From Promethearchaeota archaeon (GTDB lineage Archaea; Asgardarchaeota; Lokiarchaeia; Sigyniarchaeales; SOKP01): a stretch of DNA of 64,000 bases. The notes beneath the pieces were generated by a model. The model searched no databases. It was not told where the DNA came from and saw only the letters and a list, made by a program, of their open reading frames with translations. The stretch is from NCBI GenBank assembly GCA_048941015.1, contig JBHLNZ010000005.1:1-64000 (forward strand). Reading direction: 5' to 3'. Shown here one piece after another: positions 52,301-62,823 of this stretch. How positions within the stretch are numbered: the stretch's first letter is position 1; each line of letters begins with the position of its first letter. The position numbers and the translations under genes are program-made.

Positions 52301-53560
52301 TTAAATTAATTTAACAACTTCTTTACATAATAAAAAGACAGCCACATGATGGGGGATATTTATGATCTCATCTTTTTTATATGGACCAAATTTTTCTCCT
52401 TTAATTTTAAGAGCAGGAATTATTTTTTCATTAACTTTATATTTTTTCGAGTTTTGATTTTTGCTAAAGAAAATAATAGGGTCTATCTCTTCATTTTCTT
52501 CATCTAACGGATTAAAATTTTCAAGTTCCTTTAAATCAAGTTGTTGTACTTTGAATCCAGTTTTTCCGTGTAATGAACCAGGGTATCTAATTAGTCTATG
52601 CACATCAATAGAAACTGGTTTATCAATTTCTGCACCAACCTCTTTAATTATCCCTTTTAAGAAAGTATGCCAAGTTTTAGGCCCTAATCCCTTAATATTC
52701 CATAGAGATTTTAAGAAAGATTCTTTATTATTCAAAATATATTCGATAATTTCATTCGTAAGTCCGAATTTAGGTTGCCTTAAAAGTTCAATTAGAACAT
52801 CATTTTGATAATTTTGTAGTATATATTTAATTTTTTTAACTATTTTTTGAGACCAGTCAATATTTTGTTCTAATAAGCCCAAATCGGATTCTAAATCATC
52901 TAAACCTAATAAATCATATGAAATGTTATCACCCGTTAAATAATCAACGATTTCTCTTCTTTGAGAACTTGTTAGAGCTCTTATCGTTTCAGTTTCAATT
53001 TTTAAATGATACCCTCTATGTCCTGAGAAAGTAATATTTAGTTCATTTTCTTGAATCCCAAAATCAGGGATAAGGAAATCATTTACTAATTTGAGGATCT
53101 CGTTCTTTGCAATGTGTAAACAATCTTCACAGATCCAAGAAATACTTTGAAATTTATTGTTTCCACATTTAGGACATTTATTAGGAGGCATCCCACTCCC
53201 ACTTTTATCACAGTCATTACAATACCATAGGTCATGATTCTTTTTACAAGGTGTAAAAAAGTGATCTACGTCAATATCAATTAGAAAATCACATCCTAAA
53301 TACCCCTTTTCCTTCATATTTGGATTAGCTGGGTCATTATATAATGTTCCACTTGAATAAACATGCTTAGGGGGATAATTAATCAAATAATTTTTAAAAT
53401 CATTAGGTTCATTGAAATGTTTATGCCTTATCATCACCATTTTATCCCATGGAATAAATCCGAATTCTCTCTGATTAAATAAATTAACCAGGGGGATTTC
53501 ACTTTTTTTCTCTTTGTAATAAACTTGAAATATTCTTTTTAGATAACTAATTTCCTTCAT
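52301..53560 (-). CDS. priS: DNA primase catalytic subunit
   Basis: REFGF, DIDVD, FSGHRGYH and D..VSIDVHRLIRYPGSLHGKTG. Confidence 0.95.
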   Translation of the reverse strand: MKEISYLKRIFQVYYKEKKSEIPLVNLFNQREFGFIPWDKMVMIRHKHFNEPNDFKNYLINYPPKHVYSSGTLYNDPANPNMKEKGYLGCDFLIDIDVDHFFTPCKKNHDLWYCNDCDKSGSGMPPNKCPKCGNNKFQSISWICEDCLHIAKNEILKLVNDFLIPDFGIQENELNITFSGHRGYHLKIETETIRALTSSQRREIVDYLTGDNISYDLLGLDDLESDLGLLEQNIDWSQKIVKKIKYILQNYQNDVLIELLRQPKFGLTNEIIEYILNNKESFLKSLWNIKGLGPKTWHTFLKGIIKEVGAEIDKPVSIDVHRLIRYPGSLHGKTGFKVQQLDLKELENFNPLDEENEEIDPIIFFSKNQNSKKYKVNEKIIPALKIKGEKFGPYKKDEIINIPHHVAVFLLCKEVVKLI

Positions 53561-54743
53561 CTTTATTTTCTTTATGTTTGTTTTGAAAATCTGCTTTTAC
53601 TTTTTCAATGAATCTTCTTCTTCTAATATAAGATAAAGGGTGATTGATTTTTCTATATTCATCCCTCTTCTTAATATAATACCCTTTAATACAGATCGGA
53701 TCATTATATTTTTCTGCCATGCATAAATCTAATGATTTCAATGTTTCACAAGCATGTGGAACATATTCTTTATTTTTAGCAAAATTAACTTGATAAGTTG
53801 TTTTTTCTTTATCAAAATCAGGAAGATATGAAAAAATTTTAATAATTTCCTCAACAGGGTAATTCAAAGCAAGTAAAAAGAACAGAATTACTAATCTCTC
53901 TATGTGAATCAGATTTTGTCCTTCCTTTGCTTTTAATAAAATCTCCTTCATACAAGGAGGGTATATTATATTGATGTTCTCTGTTTTTATAAAACCTGTA
54001 TCTTCAAAATATTGAATCTCTTCTTTTCTCTCTTTCCAAGAAGACTCAATCTTATCAAATAGTTTTTTGAATTCTTCAATTTTAAATAAAGATTTTTTAA
54101 GGTTTTTAATTGAAGACTTATCTTCATTTTCTATTTCTAGAATCTTATTTCGAACATATTCTTGAATTAAACGCATGAGTCTTCTTTTTTGAATATAAAC
54201 ATAACCCTCCTTTAAAGACATATTTACTAGTTTTCTATAATCGTCCCTAAGATTGTTCTCTAGCTTTAAGTAGTCTAATACTTGGATTCTGAAGTTGGTT
54301 TCAAGCTTTTGAGAATAATTTTTTGTTACTTTTAAACCATATTGAATTTTGTTTTTAGAATATTGGATATCTAATCCTAAATCTTTGCATATTTGATATG
54401 CATTATAATCATTTTCTTCAATTAAATCATGATAATTAATTTTTGAGTAAAGATTAGCAATTCTATTTGTAATATGTTTATTATCCAGAACGTATAATAA
54501 TATTTTCATTAAAATATACAAATATACGTTTGAGTTATCAATTTTGTAGTAATAGAAATTTTCCAAATTATCAAAAGCCGCTTTAAATATTTGATAAATT
54601 CTTTCAAAGATCTCATCTTTAAAGTCTTTTGAAAGAAAATCAGAAATAAACTCGTTTGGAGATTTTTCAGCAAGATTACTATAATAATCCTTTATTAATG
54701 GCAACCAAGGATAATGCATAACAAGATCAAAAGAATCACTCAA
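53547..54743 (-). CDS. priL: DNA primase large subunit
   Basis: YPW, PPCM, L.H.ER, PDFD..KT.YQ and Cys-rich Fe-S region. Confidence 0.92.
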   Translation of the reverse strand: MSDSFDLVMHYPWLPLIKDYYSNLAEKSPNEFISDFLSKDFKDEIFERIYQIFKAAFDNLENFYYYKIDNSNVYLYILMKILLYVLDNKHITNRIANLYSKINYHDLIEENDYNAYQICKDLGLDIQYSKNKIQYGLKVTKNYSQKLETNFRIQVLDYLKLENNLRDDYRKLVNMSLKEGYVYIQKRRLMRLIQEYVRNKILEIENEDKSSIKNLKKSLFKIEEFKKLFDKIESSWKERKEEIQYFEDTGFIKTENINIIYPPCMKEILLKAKEGQNLIHIERLVILFFLLALNYPVEEIIKIFSYLPDFDKEKTTYQVNFAKNKEYVPHACETLKSLDLCMAEKYNDPICIKGYYIKKRDEYRKINHPLSYIRRRRFIEKVKADFQNKHKENKDEGN

Positions 54744-54848
54744 AATTTACTTAATCTCCAATTGAAATTAACTTATATAGAAAATCATAAAAATGTAGTT
54801 ATAAAATAATTTTAGAGTAAATTGATTTTTTAAAGTGTATTAAATCAA

Positions 54849-55655
54849 TTAAAATTCATCCATATCGTCTTCGTCTTCTTCAAATTCCGCTTCCTCTACT
54901 CTTGGAGCTAAAAAGTAACTTAATTCTCCGCCTTCTAAAAGATTAAAAATCATTTTCAGTGGATTATCAGTTTTTAATGAAATTTCTAATTTTTCAGTTA
55001 TGGGAGCAATCTTCAAGATAGCTTTCAAGAAGGTTAAGCTATAGGCTCCAGTAGAGGTCTCAGATAGATTGCTTTCGATTAAATCATCATTAGTCAAATT
55101 ATATTCCATTTCACCTATTTGGCCTGAGGAACTAAAAAGAAGACCCTGCCTTTCAATTGCTTTTATATTCAAAATTTCAGAATAGATTTCAGCATCTTTT
55201 ATCGCTTCGACAAGAAAATCGGCATCAATAACCCACTTAGTCGGATATTCTATTTTTAATAGATTTTCCATTGGAATTTCTTCGGTATCAATATCTAATA
55301 GAGCTAAACTAAAGGTGCGGACTCTACTAGTGCCTTCTCTTTGCATTTTAATCTTAATTTTTTGTTCAGTTTCTTTAAAATCAATTTCTATTGAATCGTT
55401 TACCGCACTTCTTTTCAAAATCTTATCTAAATCATCTAGATTCAACCCAACTTTAGATTCTTTACTACACTGATACTCATCAAAACCATCTTTCCTAATC
55501 GATAATTTTAATAGACAAATTCGACTTGGATCCATTGCTGTGATGGTAAACTCTTTGGGAGTAACTCGGAACTCAGTTTCATCAATAATACTTGATAGAG
55601 TTTCAATGATTCCTTTTAAAATCCGACTATTTTCCAATTTTAACGTAAATGACAT
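54849..55655 (-). CDS. pcn: PCNA sliding clamp
   Basis: AMDPSRI, YSLTFL and YFLAPR with acidic tail. Confidence 0.96.
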   Translation of the reverse strand: MSFTLKLENSRILKGIIETLSSIIDETEFRVTPKEFTITAMDPSRICLLKLSIRKDGFDEYQCSKESKVGLNLDDLDKILKRSAVNDSIEIDFKETEQKIKIKMQREGTSRVRTFSLALLDIDTEEIPMENLLKIEYPTKWVIDADFLVEAIKDAEIYSEILNIKAIERQGLLFSSSGQIGEMEYNLTNDDLIESNLSETSTGAYSLTFLKAILKIAPITEKLEISLKTDNPLKMIFNLLEGGELSYFLAPRVEEAEFEEDEDDMDEF

Positions 55656-55835
55656 AATTTATCCGTACTGTTATTTATTTACTTATTTTGCTTTTATAAT
55701 AATAATGTTTTATTGGCAATATTTATAAAATTCGGTATTAGACGTTTAATAATACCTATTTTTAATTTTTAAATTAATTATTTATAGTTATCTTAAATTT
55801 TTAAAACTATATAATTAAAAAAAAGCGTTTTTAAA

Positions 55836-56153
55836 ATGGAAAATCAATACGCTATCCAAAGGATAATTAAAGATATACAAACTGATGACATCCAAATTCA
55901 GGTTACTGGTTATATTAAGGAGATTAATAAAGATGATTATATTATTCTCGATGATAAATCCGGTATTATAAGAGTAATGATTAAAAATATAGATTTCTCA
56001 TTTAAAGTAAATCAATTAATAAATGTAATTGGGGAAATTCAATTAAATTTAAATGGAGAAAAAGAGATTATCGCTGATATCATCCAAGATATGTCTAATT
56101 TAAATTTTGAATATTATCTTAAATTATATAATCTTAAAAAGAATCTCTTATAG
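55836..56153 (+). CDS. Single OB-fold protein (RPA small-subunit-like)
   Basis: VTGYI...ILDDKSG.I.V...INVIG...I.ADII OB pattern; divergent from PCNA. Confidence 0.7.
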   Translation: MENQYAIQRIIKDIQTDDIQIQVTGYIKEINKDDYIILDDKSGIIRVMIKNIDFSFKVNQLINVIGEIQLNLNGEKEIIADIIQDMSNLNFEYYLKLYNLKKNLL

Positions 56154-56159
56154 GTGTTC

Positions 56160-56519
56160 TCATAGAAATTTTTGAATTTCTATAGTATAACCATTCGGAT
56201 CTTTTAAAAAGAAATGATATATATTGAATCTTTCATTAAATTCAGGAGCTTTTTCGATTTTTACCCCAAATTCTACTAATTTATCATATATTTTATCTAC
56301 ATCATCAATTATTAAAGTAATTATAGGGCTTCCCTCTTTGACATCCACAGCCATATGAGTACAAAAGCCAACTTTACCTTCGCTAGTTACATTAAAAATT
56401 TGACAAATACCTTGATCTTTATATAATTTTAACCCTAAAACATTTTGATAAAATATAGAAGTCTTTTTTAAATCTTTTGTACCTAAGAAGATTATTAATT
56501 CTTTATAAGACATGTACAT
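56160..56519 (-). CDS. VOC/glyoxalase family protein
   Basis: FYQNVLGL and FFLKDPNGYTIEI. Confidence 0.9.
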   Translation of the reverse strand: MYMSYKELIIFLGTKDLKKTSIFYQNVLGLKLYKDQGICQIFNVTSEGKVGFCTHMAVDVKEGSPIITLIIDDVDKIYDKLVEFGVKIEKAPEFNERFNIYHFFLKDPNGYTIEIQKFL

Positions 56520-56673
56520 TCCTTAAACTTATTTTCGAAAATATTAAGTGATAATTTTTGACAAATTAAAGAAAATCGTGATGATATTATTTAATAGTTT
56601 AAAATAGAAAAATTTTTTTAGAGATTATAATTTTCCAAATTTATAAAATTACAAATCGAAGAGTCTCGATGCT

Positions 56674-57012
56674 ATGGTTGAGTTCTGTCCGGAGTGCTCA
56701 AATCTTTTACGGAAAAAAAATATGGATGGTAAGTATTTCTTAGTTTGTCGATGTGGATATCAAAAAGAGATTGAATCAAACAAAACTGAGCTTAAAAAAG
56801 AAGCAGAAAAAAAGAAAAAAGCTTTAGAAAAGAATTTACTGATATTATCTGAAGAAGATAAAATTTCTGTACATATTAAGGTTTTAAAATATTGTCCGAA
56901 GTGTAATAATCGAGAGGCTGAGGCTTGGCAAGAACAAACTAGAGGGGCAGACGAACCGAGTACTACCTTTTTTAGATGTGTTAAATGTAAACATACATGG
57001 CGTGAATATTAA
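56674..57012 (+). CDS. tfs: Transcription factor S (TFS/RpoM)
   Basis: FCPECSNLL; CPKC...QTRGADEPST.FFRCVKC..TWREY. Confidence 0.95.
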   Translation: MVEFCPECSNLLRKKNMDGKYFLVCRCGYQKEIESNKTELKKEAEKKKKALEKNLLILSEEDKISVHIKVLKYCPKCNNREAEAWQEQTRGADEPSTTFFRCVKCKHTWREY

Positions 57013-57069
57013 GTAATTCTTTAGAATCATTAATTTAAGGAAAAGTAATATTGTTATCTATTTAATTCA

Positions 57070-57091
57070 TCGTGAAAGAGGCGTTTCACGA
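57070..57091. terminator. Hairpin between convergent tfs and beta-helix gene
   Basis: TCGTGAAA-GAGGCG-TTTCACGA, 8-bp stem. Confidence 0.4.
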
Positions 57092-57097
57092 ATAAAA

Positions 57098-58957
57098 TTA
57101 AGGTCTTTTTTCTCGAAAGATCCAAGCAAGTAATAATATAATACTAATCGGTATTAAAAAAATTGCTATATTAATTGTTGAAATTCGATTATTTACACAT
57201 AAATTATCTTTATAGAAATTATTTTCGCAACTTTCATCTTGCTGGGAGCATACTTCATTGTTTAACAAGACATTTTGAATAACAGTATTATTATTTGATT
57301 CATAAGTAAGTTGAATTCCATAAAGATTATTATAAAAATAATTATTTTTGATCACAGCATTCTTAGAATATGCTAATTGTAGCCCAAAATAATCATTTTC
57401 TTTCACATTATTAGAATTAATAGAGCTATTTTCAACGTGGTTCAAATATATCCCTCTTATCCTATTTTTAGTAATTGTATTATGTGATATGAATGCTTCT
57501 TCACATCTATCTAAACAAATACCGTCATTATTGTTATTTTTTATATCATTGTTTATTAGAATTACCATTTCTGTTCGATAAACATTGATTCCATCATCGA
57601 AATTATAATTTATTTGATTATTAATAATCATCATATTTGATCCATAACTTATGCTGATTCCATGATGATCGTTTCTAATAAATGTGCATTCTTTCATTTC
57701 CATGTTTTGAGATTCTCTTGAAAATAACCCATATATATTATATGAAGAATCAATATAAGATATTGAATTATTCGAGCAGCTATCTAAATAGATTCCAATT
57801 GATGAATGAGAGACATCAATATTAGAAATAATGGTATTGTTACAATTCATTAAAATTACTTGTCCCGCATTCAAAAAGTTATCTGAATTTAAAGAATTGA
57901 CGTTTTGATAATAATAAATAGGTTTGTTATTAGCTAAATTAGTTTTATCAATATTTTGGACAATTAATGAATAAGGATCTAAATAATTTATAAGAATTCC
58001 ACAATTATACATTTGATTTCCTGAGAGGTTATTTCTATCCCCATTTAAAATAATACCCCATACACAATTATTTATTTTATTATTTATAATAGCATTCGAA
58101 TCAGTATATTCCAAATTAATACCATATTCACTTTTTATAACGGTATTATTAGAAACAGTATTATTAGGTGAAGCAATTAGAATTATACCTTCATGTATTT
58201 CATTAACATTTTCAATTGAATTATTATTAATGAAATTTTGAGTTATAATATATCCATAAATTGCAATATATCTATCAAAACCTTGACTAATAGGAAAAAT
58301 GTCGTTATTTCTAATTATATTATCAGAGACATTAAAAAATGAACTAAGTCTTGAATGGATTCCGAAATAAATACTATCAATGATATCGTTTGACAAAAAG
58401 CTAACAAAATGGGAATCAGTAGAATAAATTCCATAGGCATTTTCATATAGAGAATTTTCTGATACCGTAATATATGAGCAATTGGTTAAATAAATTCCAT
58501 GGTAATTTGAGCTAATTGTATTATTAAGTATTATCCCATTGGATATATTACTTAAAAACATTCCATAGAATAAGTCTCCCATTATATTTGGCAAATAACA
58601 ATTCCTTAATATAAAAAACACCTTAGAATTCTCAATAGTAATAAACGCGTCTTCATACATGATTAGTTCATCATTTATTGTTACATTTTCAATAATAAAC
58701 GGATCATTTAATGTTCCGGAGCCATTACACCAGTCATATGTCGAATTTGTTTCTGTCCAATTATTATTTATGTGAATTTTATGTGATATTATCCAATTAG
58801 TCGAGCTTCTCGGCAGTTCGTCATTCTTTAAATTTTCTAAAAAAATGGTATTTTGGTTTAAATTGGCAGATTTAAATTGATAAAAATACAAAGGAAAAGC
58901 AATAAATAAATTTTGGCTAACAAAAAGGATGATTAATATTTTATTATTTATCTTCAT
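57098..58957 (-). CDS. Membrane-anchored right-handed beta-helix (NosD/pectin-lyase-like) surface protein
   Basis: N-terminal hydrophobic segment, many NN.I..N..GI.L repeats, C-terminal TM helix, many NxS/T sequons. Confidence 0.85.
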   Translation of the reverse strand: MKINNKILIILFVSQNLFIAFPLYFYQFKSANLNQNTIFLENLKNDELPRSSTNWIISHKIHINNNWTETNSTYDWCNGSGTLNDPFIIENVTINDELIMYEDAFITIENSKVFFILRNCYLPNIMGDLFYGMFLSNISNGIILNNTISSNYHGIYLTNCSYITVSENSLYENAYGIYSTDSHFVSFLSNDIIDSIYFGIHSRLSSFFNVSDNIIRNNDIFPISQGFDRYIAIYGYIITQNFINNNSIENVNEIHEGIILIASPNNTVSNNTVIKSEYGINLEYTDSNAIINNKINNCVWGIILNGDRNNLSGNQMYNCGILINYLDPYSLIVQNIDKTNLANNKPIYYYQNVNSLNSDNFLNAGQVILMNCNNTIISNIDVSHSSIGIYLDSCSNNSISYIDSSYNIYGLFSRESQNMEMKECTFIRNDHHGISISYGSNMMIINNQINYNFDDGINVYRTEMVILINNDIKNNNNDGICLDRCEEAFISHNTITKNRIRGIYLNHVENSSINSNNVKENDYFGLQLAYSKNAVIKNNYFYNNLYGIQLTYESNNNTVIQNVLLNNEVCSQQDESCENNFYKDNLCVNNRISTINIAIFLIPISIILLLAWIFREKRP

Positions 58958-59086
58958 TTATAGTATTCATTTAATCTTGATTAAATTAAATTGATTTAAT
59001 TCAAGTTATTTAATTTAATATATATAAAGTAATAAAATTACTAATAAATTGACTTCTTTTGTTAGAATTAAAAAAGTATAGTTCTA

Positions 59087-59293
59087 TTAGGAAAGAACTT
59101 CTAATATTTTAGTTAAAATACGAGCTTTACCGCCAGTTGACTGTAATAATGTTTTTCCACAAACTAAACATTCAACATCGGTTGCAGCGCAGCCAAAAAC
59201 TATCTGTTGATTACCACAATTCAAGCACTTGACTCTTAGAAACCTACTTTTAGGTTGGGGGATTAACTCTTTTAACTTTTTTGTTTTTACCAT
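59087..59293 (-). CDS. rps27e: 30S ribosomal protein S27e (start probably the ATG at 59293)
   Basis: [18 protein letters not shown]...CLVCG..L..STGGKA. Confidence 0.95.
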   Translation of the reverse strand: MVKTKKLKELIPQPKSRFLRVKCLNCGNQQIVFGCAATDVECLVCGKTLLQSTGGKARILTKILEVLS

Positions 59294-59307
59294 AAATAAT
59301 ATCACTT

Positions 59308-59589
59308 CTAAACTTCTTGTAATTCTAACTTTTTTACTCGATATGACTTAGCATACTGTTTCTTTCCACATTCAGAGCATTCAAGCATAGGAGTCGTCCT
59401 TTTATTTATCTTAGCGTTTTTATGAAAGATTTCTTTCGGAAAGCTCCCATATCCTCTTTTCTTTCTTTCTAATCTCCTACGACCATGGTTTAGCATTCTT
59501 TCTTTGCCCTTCTTATATAGAGCTACAGTATGTTTTGTATGTGATCGGCATGTTGGGCAATATCTATTTATAGTTCTAGGATATTTCAT
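59308..59589 (-). CDS. rpl44e: 50S ribosomal protein L44e
   Basis: YCPTC..HT.H, GYG and CSECGK. Confidence 0.95.
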   Translation of the reverse strand: MKYPRTINRYCPTCRSHTKHTVALYKKGKERMLNHGRRRLERKKRGYGSFPKEIFHKNAKINKRTTPMLECSECGKKQYAKSYRVKKLELQEV

Positions 59590-59746
59590 TTTCTCCTTAC
59601 CATGAGTCTATACGTATCTTTATTAATTATTTATAAATTTTAAACTTTATTAGTTCTTTTTAATTTCCCTTAAAGAAAAGTTTCGCTTAATAAAAAAGAT
59701 TTTAAACTTTACTTACATAAATTTAATAAAACTTATAATAAGAATT

Positions 59747-60670
59747 ATGACTTTTAAAGACAAATTTAATGAAGGTATCATAACTGCTAAAGACTTTACA
59801 AGAGAAGATTTAGATTATATTTTGAAGAAAGCAAAAGAAATGATGAAGAATAAAAAAAATTCTGATCTCTTAAAGAATAAAATATTAGCGACTCTCTTTT
59901 TTGAACCTTCCACTAGGACCCGTTTAAGCTTCGAATCAGCAATGTATCGCCTCGGTGGAAATGTTATTGGTTTCCATTCTGGTGATGTTTCTTCAATAAA
60001 GAAAGGGGAAAGTATTGCAGACACGATTAGAACTGTTGAAAATTACAGTGATGGTATAGTAATTAGACATAATTTAGAAGGAGCTGCAACATTAGCAGCC
60101 AAATTTTCTAAGATACCTATTATTAATGCTGGATCTGGAAGTGGTGAACATCCAACTCAAGCTCTTTTAGATTTATTAACCATCACAGAAGAAAGTGGTA
60201 GTATAGATGGTATTAATATTGGAATTATGGGAGATTTAAAATATGGGCGGACAGTTCATTCTCTCGCAATTTTATTATCACATTACGATGTAAATATCTA
60301 TTTTATAAGTCCAAAGGAATTAATGTTAAGAAATAGAGATAAAGAATTCTTAAGACAAAAAAATGCCAAATACAAAGAAATAACTCAGTATAGAAATATA
60401 CTTAATATATTGGATGTACTTTACATGACACGAATTCAAAAAGAAAGATTTGCCGATGTTGAGGAATATGATAGAGTAAAAAGTTTTTATGTTTTTAATA
60501 AAGAAGATTTAAAAGAAACTAAAGATAATTTTAAAATTATGCATCCTCTCCCTAGATTGATAGAAATTTCTCCGGAAATTGATAATTCGCCAAAATCAAT
60601 TTACTTCAAGCAAACTTTTTATGGAATTCCTATGAGAATGGCTATTCTAGGAGAATTGTTAGCGGATTAA
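59747..60670 (+). CDS. pyrB: Aspartate carbamoyltransferase catalytic subunit
   Basis: FFEPSTRTRLSF, HPTQ, GDLKYGRTVHS and MHPLPR. Confidence 0.97.
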   Translation: MTFKDKFNEGIITAKDFTREDLDYILKKAKEMMKNKKNSDLLKNKILATLFFEPSTRTRLSFESAMYRLGGNVIGFHSGDVSSIKKGESIADTIRTVENYSDGIVIRHNLEGAATLAAKFSKIPIINAGSGSGEHPTQALLDLLTITEESGSIDGINIGIMGDLKYGRTVHSLAILLSHYDVNIYFISPKELMLRNRDKEFLRQKNAKYKEITQYRNILNILDVLYMTRIQKERFADVEEYDRVKSFYVFNKEDLKETKDNFKIMHPLPRLIEISPEIDNSPKSIYFKQTFYGIPMRMAILGELLAD

Positions 60671-60703
60671 ATATCTAAACTTAAAAATATTTACTCTTGC
60701 AAC

Positions 60704-62683
60704 TTATTCTTTAAAGTAAAATGCGCTCAATTCTGAAGTAATTAATCCTTTCAAAATATCTTTTAGTTGTGCTTTATTTGAATTTAAAATACAATTAAAT
60801 ATAATTCCCCCATCAAGAATTTTCTCAAATTTTTTAAATAAGCGAATTTTTTTGTCTATTGAAAGATTTGAAGTATTTCTTACAATTTCAGTGCAATATT
60901 TAATTGAATCACTTTCTAAATCAAAATTATGAAGATTTGATGAATTAAGAAGGTATTTATCGTCATGGGGCTGGCAAAGTAAAAACTTTTCTTGTTCTTT
61001 TTCATTTTTTTCTTTAATTAATTGTTTTAATAGATTTAAAATTTTCAAGGCAAATTTTTCGCTGGATTCTAATCTATCTAGTTCAATACCACAATGAATA
61101 TTAATAGCTCGATTCAAACCAGAAAAGCTTATTGCTTTCAGAGAAGAATCGAGCCAATTGTTATTTGTAATATTAAAAAATTCGTTAATAAGAAAATTCC
61201 AGTCATTCAAAGATTGTAATTTCTTTTGGGTCAGAGATTTTTTAATATCAAAAAGCTTGAATACTGAATTTAATCTTTCAGAAAGAAGATCATTAAAACG
61301 ATTATCATTTTGATTTGATTGGAGAGCGATTGCATGTAAATTAATTAAAATCTTATCTAATATTATTTGGTTTTTGTAAGATTCATTTTTTTTATAAATT
61401 AGAGGGTTTATAATCGTTGAATTTAAGAGAAATGAATTAGTATTCTTGTAAAAAATGATATCATTAAATAACTCAGAATCGGTAAATTGATTTACATAAG
61501 CATCATTTTTCAAAAAAGAATAGTCAAATAGTATTGTAGGTTTATTCAGAATTTTATATCTTTTATTATAAGATTGTATAAAATCTAAAAACTTCAGACT
61601 TTTTTCATTTTTAGAGGATTCAGGATTGCATTTTTCCCTATACGAAAATTCTAAAGATAGATGAGGCTTATCATCATAATAACGATTATTAAATTTAATT
61701 ATCTCTGATAGTAAAATCCTATTAATTGAAGAATTATTATCAGAAATTGGAAAATGAGAAAGAAAATCTCTGTTAAAATTTCCTAATAAGATATCTTCGG
61801 AAAAGTATGCATTAAATCTTGTTAAAGTTTCAAAAAACTTAAGAATTATATGATTTAAATCGAAAGAATTTGTACTTTTATTTAAAGTATATGAATACTG
61901 CTTAGCAAGAAAATCTAAGATAGAAGAAGAATTGAAATAAAAACCTAAGGATCTTAAACTCCAGTAATTTAAATTGAGTAAAGTTATTTCTCCAGATAAA
62001 TATAAATCAGCTAAATCTTTAGGTAATAAGTTTAATAATAAAAATTGTTCTGATGCATCAGATCCAAGCTTATTTAAAAAAGCTTCTGGATTAATTATTT
62101 GATTTTCAAAATAGCTGAATGCTTCACTTGGTGGAGTCCCTAAACGAGTCAGTTTATGTCTTATCTCTTCTAATCCGTTTTCCAGTAAAATTCCATTAAT
62201 ATATTCTCTCATTAAAGGAGCTGTAAGGTATTCAATATTAGCTTTCGAAAGTCTTTCTTCTACTTCATTAGCTATTTGTTTTGCAAGAAATCTCTCCAGT
62301 TCACCTTCATTTATTAGATATTCTTCTATTTTTTTTACATTAAAAGGTTCTTTTGAGTATTTTGACGTTCTGATCATTATTGTTTTGTTCTGATCGTTAA
62401 TAACTTTTTCAATTGATAGTATATTCTTTAAAATTTGTTTTCCGAGAGAATTCAGATAATATCCATCATCGGATAAATCGATATAATTCCCATTTTTTAA
62501 AGCTTTTAGATGAAAAGAAAAGTTAATTGAACCAGGATTATTACCTAATACCTCTTTTTGTAAATTAGAAAAAGAGAGAGGTCTTTGAATAGTGTTTAAT
62601 TTCTTTAAAATATCTATCCTAACTTTCTGACCCAATATTTTAAGGTGCTTTTCTATATTATCTGTGTTTTTGTCGGAATCCAA
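60704..62683 (-). CDS. wHTH + ATP-cone + degenerate class III ribonucleotide reductase (NrdD-like) fusion
   Basis: ArsR-like wHTH aa 10-90; ATP cone IRTSK...LTAPLMRE...TRLG; NrdD-like remnants without catalytic motifs. Confidence 0.75.
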   Translation of the reverse strand: MDSDKNTDNIEKHLKILGQKVRIDILKKLNTIQRPLSFSNLQKEVLGNNPGSINFSFHLKALKNGNYIDLSDDGYYLNSLGKQILKNILSIEKVINDQNKTIMIRTSKYSKEPFNVKKIEEYLINEGELERFLAKQIANEVEERLSKANIEYLTAPLMREYINGILLENGLEEIRHKLTRLGTPPSEAFSYFENQIINPEAFLNKLGSDASEQFLLLNLLPKDLADLYLSGEITLLNLNYWSLRSLGFYFNSSSILDFLAKQYSYTLNKSTNSFDLNHIILKFFETLTRFNAYFSEDILLGNFNRDFLSHFPISDNNSSINRILLSEIIKFNNRYYDDKPHLSLEFSYREKCNPESSKNEKSLKFLDFIQSYNKRYKILNKPTILFDYSFLKNDAYVNQFTDSELFNDIIFYKNTNSFLLNSTIINPLIYKKNESYKNQIILDKILINLHAIALQSNQNDNRFNDLLSERLNSVFKLFDIKKSLTQKKLQSLNDWNFLINEFFNITNNNWLDSSLKAISFSGLNRAINIHCGIELDRLESSEKFALKILNLLKQLIKEKNEKEQEKFLLCQPHDDKYLLNSSNLHNFDLESDSIKYCTEIVRNTSNLSIDKKIRLFKKFEKILDGGIIFNCILNSNKAQLKDILKGLITSELSAFYFKE

Positions 62684-62823
62684 TTTAGTTTCAGAATTTG
62701 TCTTGTTGTTAAAAATTGCTTAACTAAATTATAATTTTATCGGTATATAAAAATTTAGGAATTCTGCTTACTATATATCGAACCTGATAATATCCGGGTG
62801 ATATTTTTCAATAAGTTCAGAAA

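Noticed and set aside
57098-58957. Asn-rich periodicity as a DNA repeat or mobile element
   Set aside because: Explained by beta-helix protein repeats; no terminal repeats or mobility genes.
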